Positions 63,140 to 64,000 of a DNA stretch of 64,000 nt are shown here, one piece after another. Position numbers and translations under genes: made by a program. The notes below the pieces were generated by a model, which saw nothing but the letters and a program-made list of their open reading frames with translations, did no database searches and was not told the DNA's origin. Numbering within the stretch: position 1 is the first letter of the stretch; the number at the start of each line of letters is the position of its first letter. Source of the stretch: Rhina ancylostomus (taxonomy: Eukaryota); contig JARFYF010000029.1 of the NCBI GenBank assembly GCA_030265395.1, positions 24,013,494 through 24,077,493 on the forward strand, in the 5' to 3' direction.

Positions 63140-63310
63140 CAACATAAAGAAATAATTTGCCTGGTGCTTAACACATTGTTTGTGGGAGTAGAAAAACGTT
63201 TCTGCATTCCCTGCATCGTGCCAAGGACTGCACTTGGAGTTATTAAATTGTTTGTAATATGGTTTGAGACACATTGAAGCAATGAAAGATGCTATACCAA
63301 TACCAGACGT
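63140..63310 (+). mobile_element. Deu-SINE/L2-type 3' fragment
   Basis: TTGTTTGTGGGAG...CTGCATTCCCTGCAT...GACTGCACTT...TTTGAGACAC..GAAAGATGCTATA. Confidence 0.45.
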
Positions 63311-63927
63311 CTCTCCCCCACTGCTAATAAATATTGCTGTTTACTTTAATTCATTAATACTTGGCCATAAATGAGTTTCATTCAATGAAACAAATCAAAC
63401 AGTGTAGACAAAAGTTAAGTTTTTGAAACATATGGTTCATCTGAACATGCATTTCCAAGTTTTTTTTTTGCATTTACATCCTTAAGACTATGTGAGAAAT
63501 TGTGCAATCACTGCAAACCGGCGACTGATGTCATAATGTTAAATTGAGGAACTGGAGGAAATGTCAAAAACCCTTTGATAACCAATGTGATTATCTATTC
63601 AATAATTGTTTCAAATTCACCAGTTAACAAAATATTTAGTCATAAAGAACAATAGTCACAAGTCCTTACTGCACATCACCTAAGTCATATTGTTTTTGTT
63701 TTAGCAATGATCTGCAGTAAAAAGAATGCACTTAATATTAGATATTTGATTTATGAAATAAGTAATTATTAGTGAAAGTACAGGTTGTGAATTAAAAGGT
63801 TGAGGAATTATAACAGCAAACTTCCAACAGATGCATTATTTTTAATAACACAATATTGGGATGCCTTCCAACAAACAGCAAAACAAAGTGCCAGGACATC
63901 TTGGCTGACACTCAGCCAAAAGTCAAT

Positions 63928-64000
63928 GGCACACTAGTGAAGCCACTGCCTCACAGTGCCAGAGAACTGGTTTCAGTCCTGACCTCTGTCTGTGTGGAGT
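63928..64000 (+). mobile_element. V-SINE 5' tRNA-derived head, truncated by the window end
   Basis: CTGCCTCACAGTGCCAGAGAACTGGTTTCAGTCCTGACCTC...TGTGTGGAGT. Confidence 0.65.

Noticed and set aside
1-64000. IMMP2L coding exons on the minus strand (e.g. SPKNPEQKIIKRVIALEGD)
   Set aside because: Not found by eye, so not annotated. A short exon could be missed or fall in a gap.
63928-64000. tRNA gene (also 60320-60380)
   Set aside because: These are tRNA-derived SINE heads followed by V-domain sequence, with no full cloverleaf.

Overview
AT-rich vertebrate genomic DNA from a gapped scaffold. The repeat content (CR1, L2, RTE and Rex/Babar LINEs, Penelope elements, HE1/V-SINEs, Deu-SINEs) points to a cartilaginous fish (shark or ray); this is an inference. 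Two intact protein-coding sequences are present, both single-exon CDSs on the + strand. One is a GC/CpG-rich intronless actin-related gene (14070-15191, 373 aa) with diagnostic ACTRT3/ARPM1 (Arp-T) residues. The other is LRRN3 (55332-57461, 709 aa), preceded by a clear splice acceptor at 55003. In other vertebrates LRRN3 is nested antisense in a giant IMMP2L intron, so the whole window may be intronic to IMMP2L, although no IMMP2L exon was recognised. The remainder is decayed transposable elements plus several small structures: Penelope terminal repeats with decayed hammerhead-ribozyme cores (some as palindromic mini-elements), a probable solo LTR, a two-template local insertion, perfect hairpins and RFX X-boxes. 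Most other ORFs in the track are noise or span N gaps. Repeat family names come from recalled motifs and boundaries are approximate; no database search was run.
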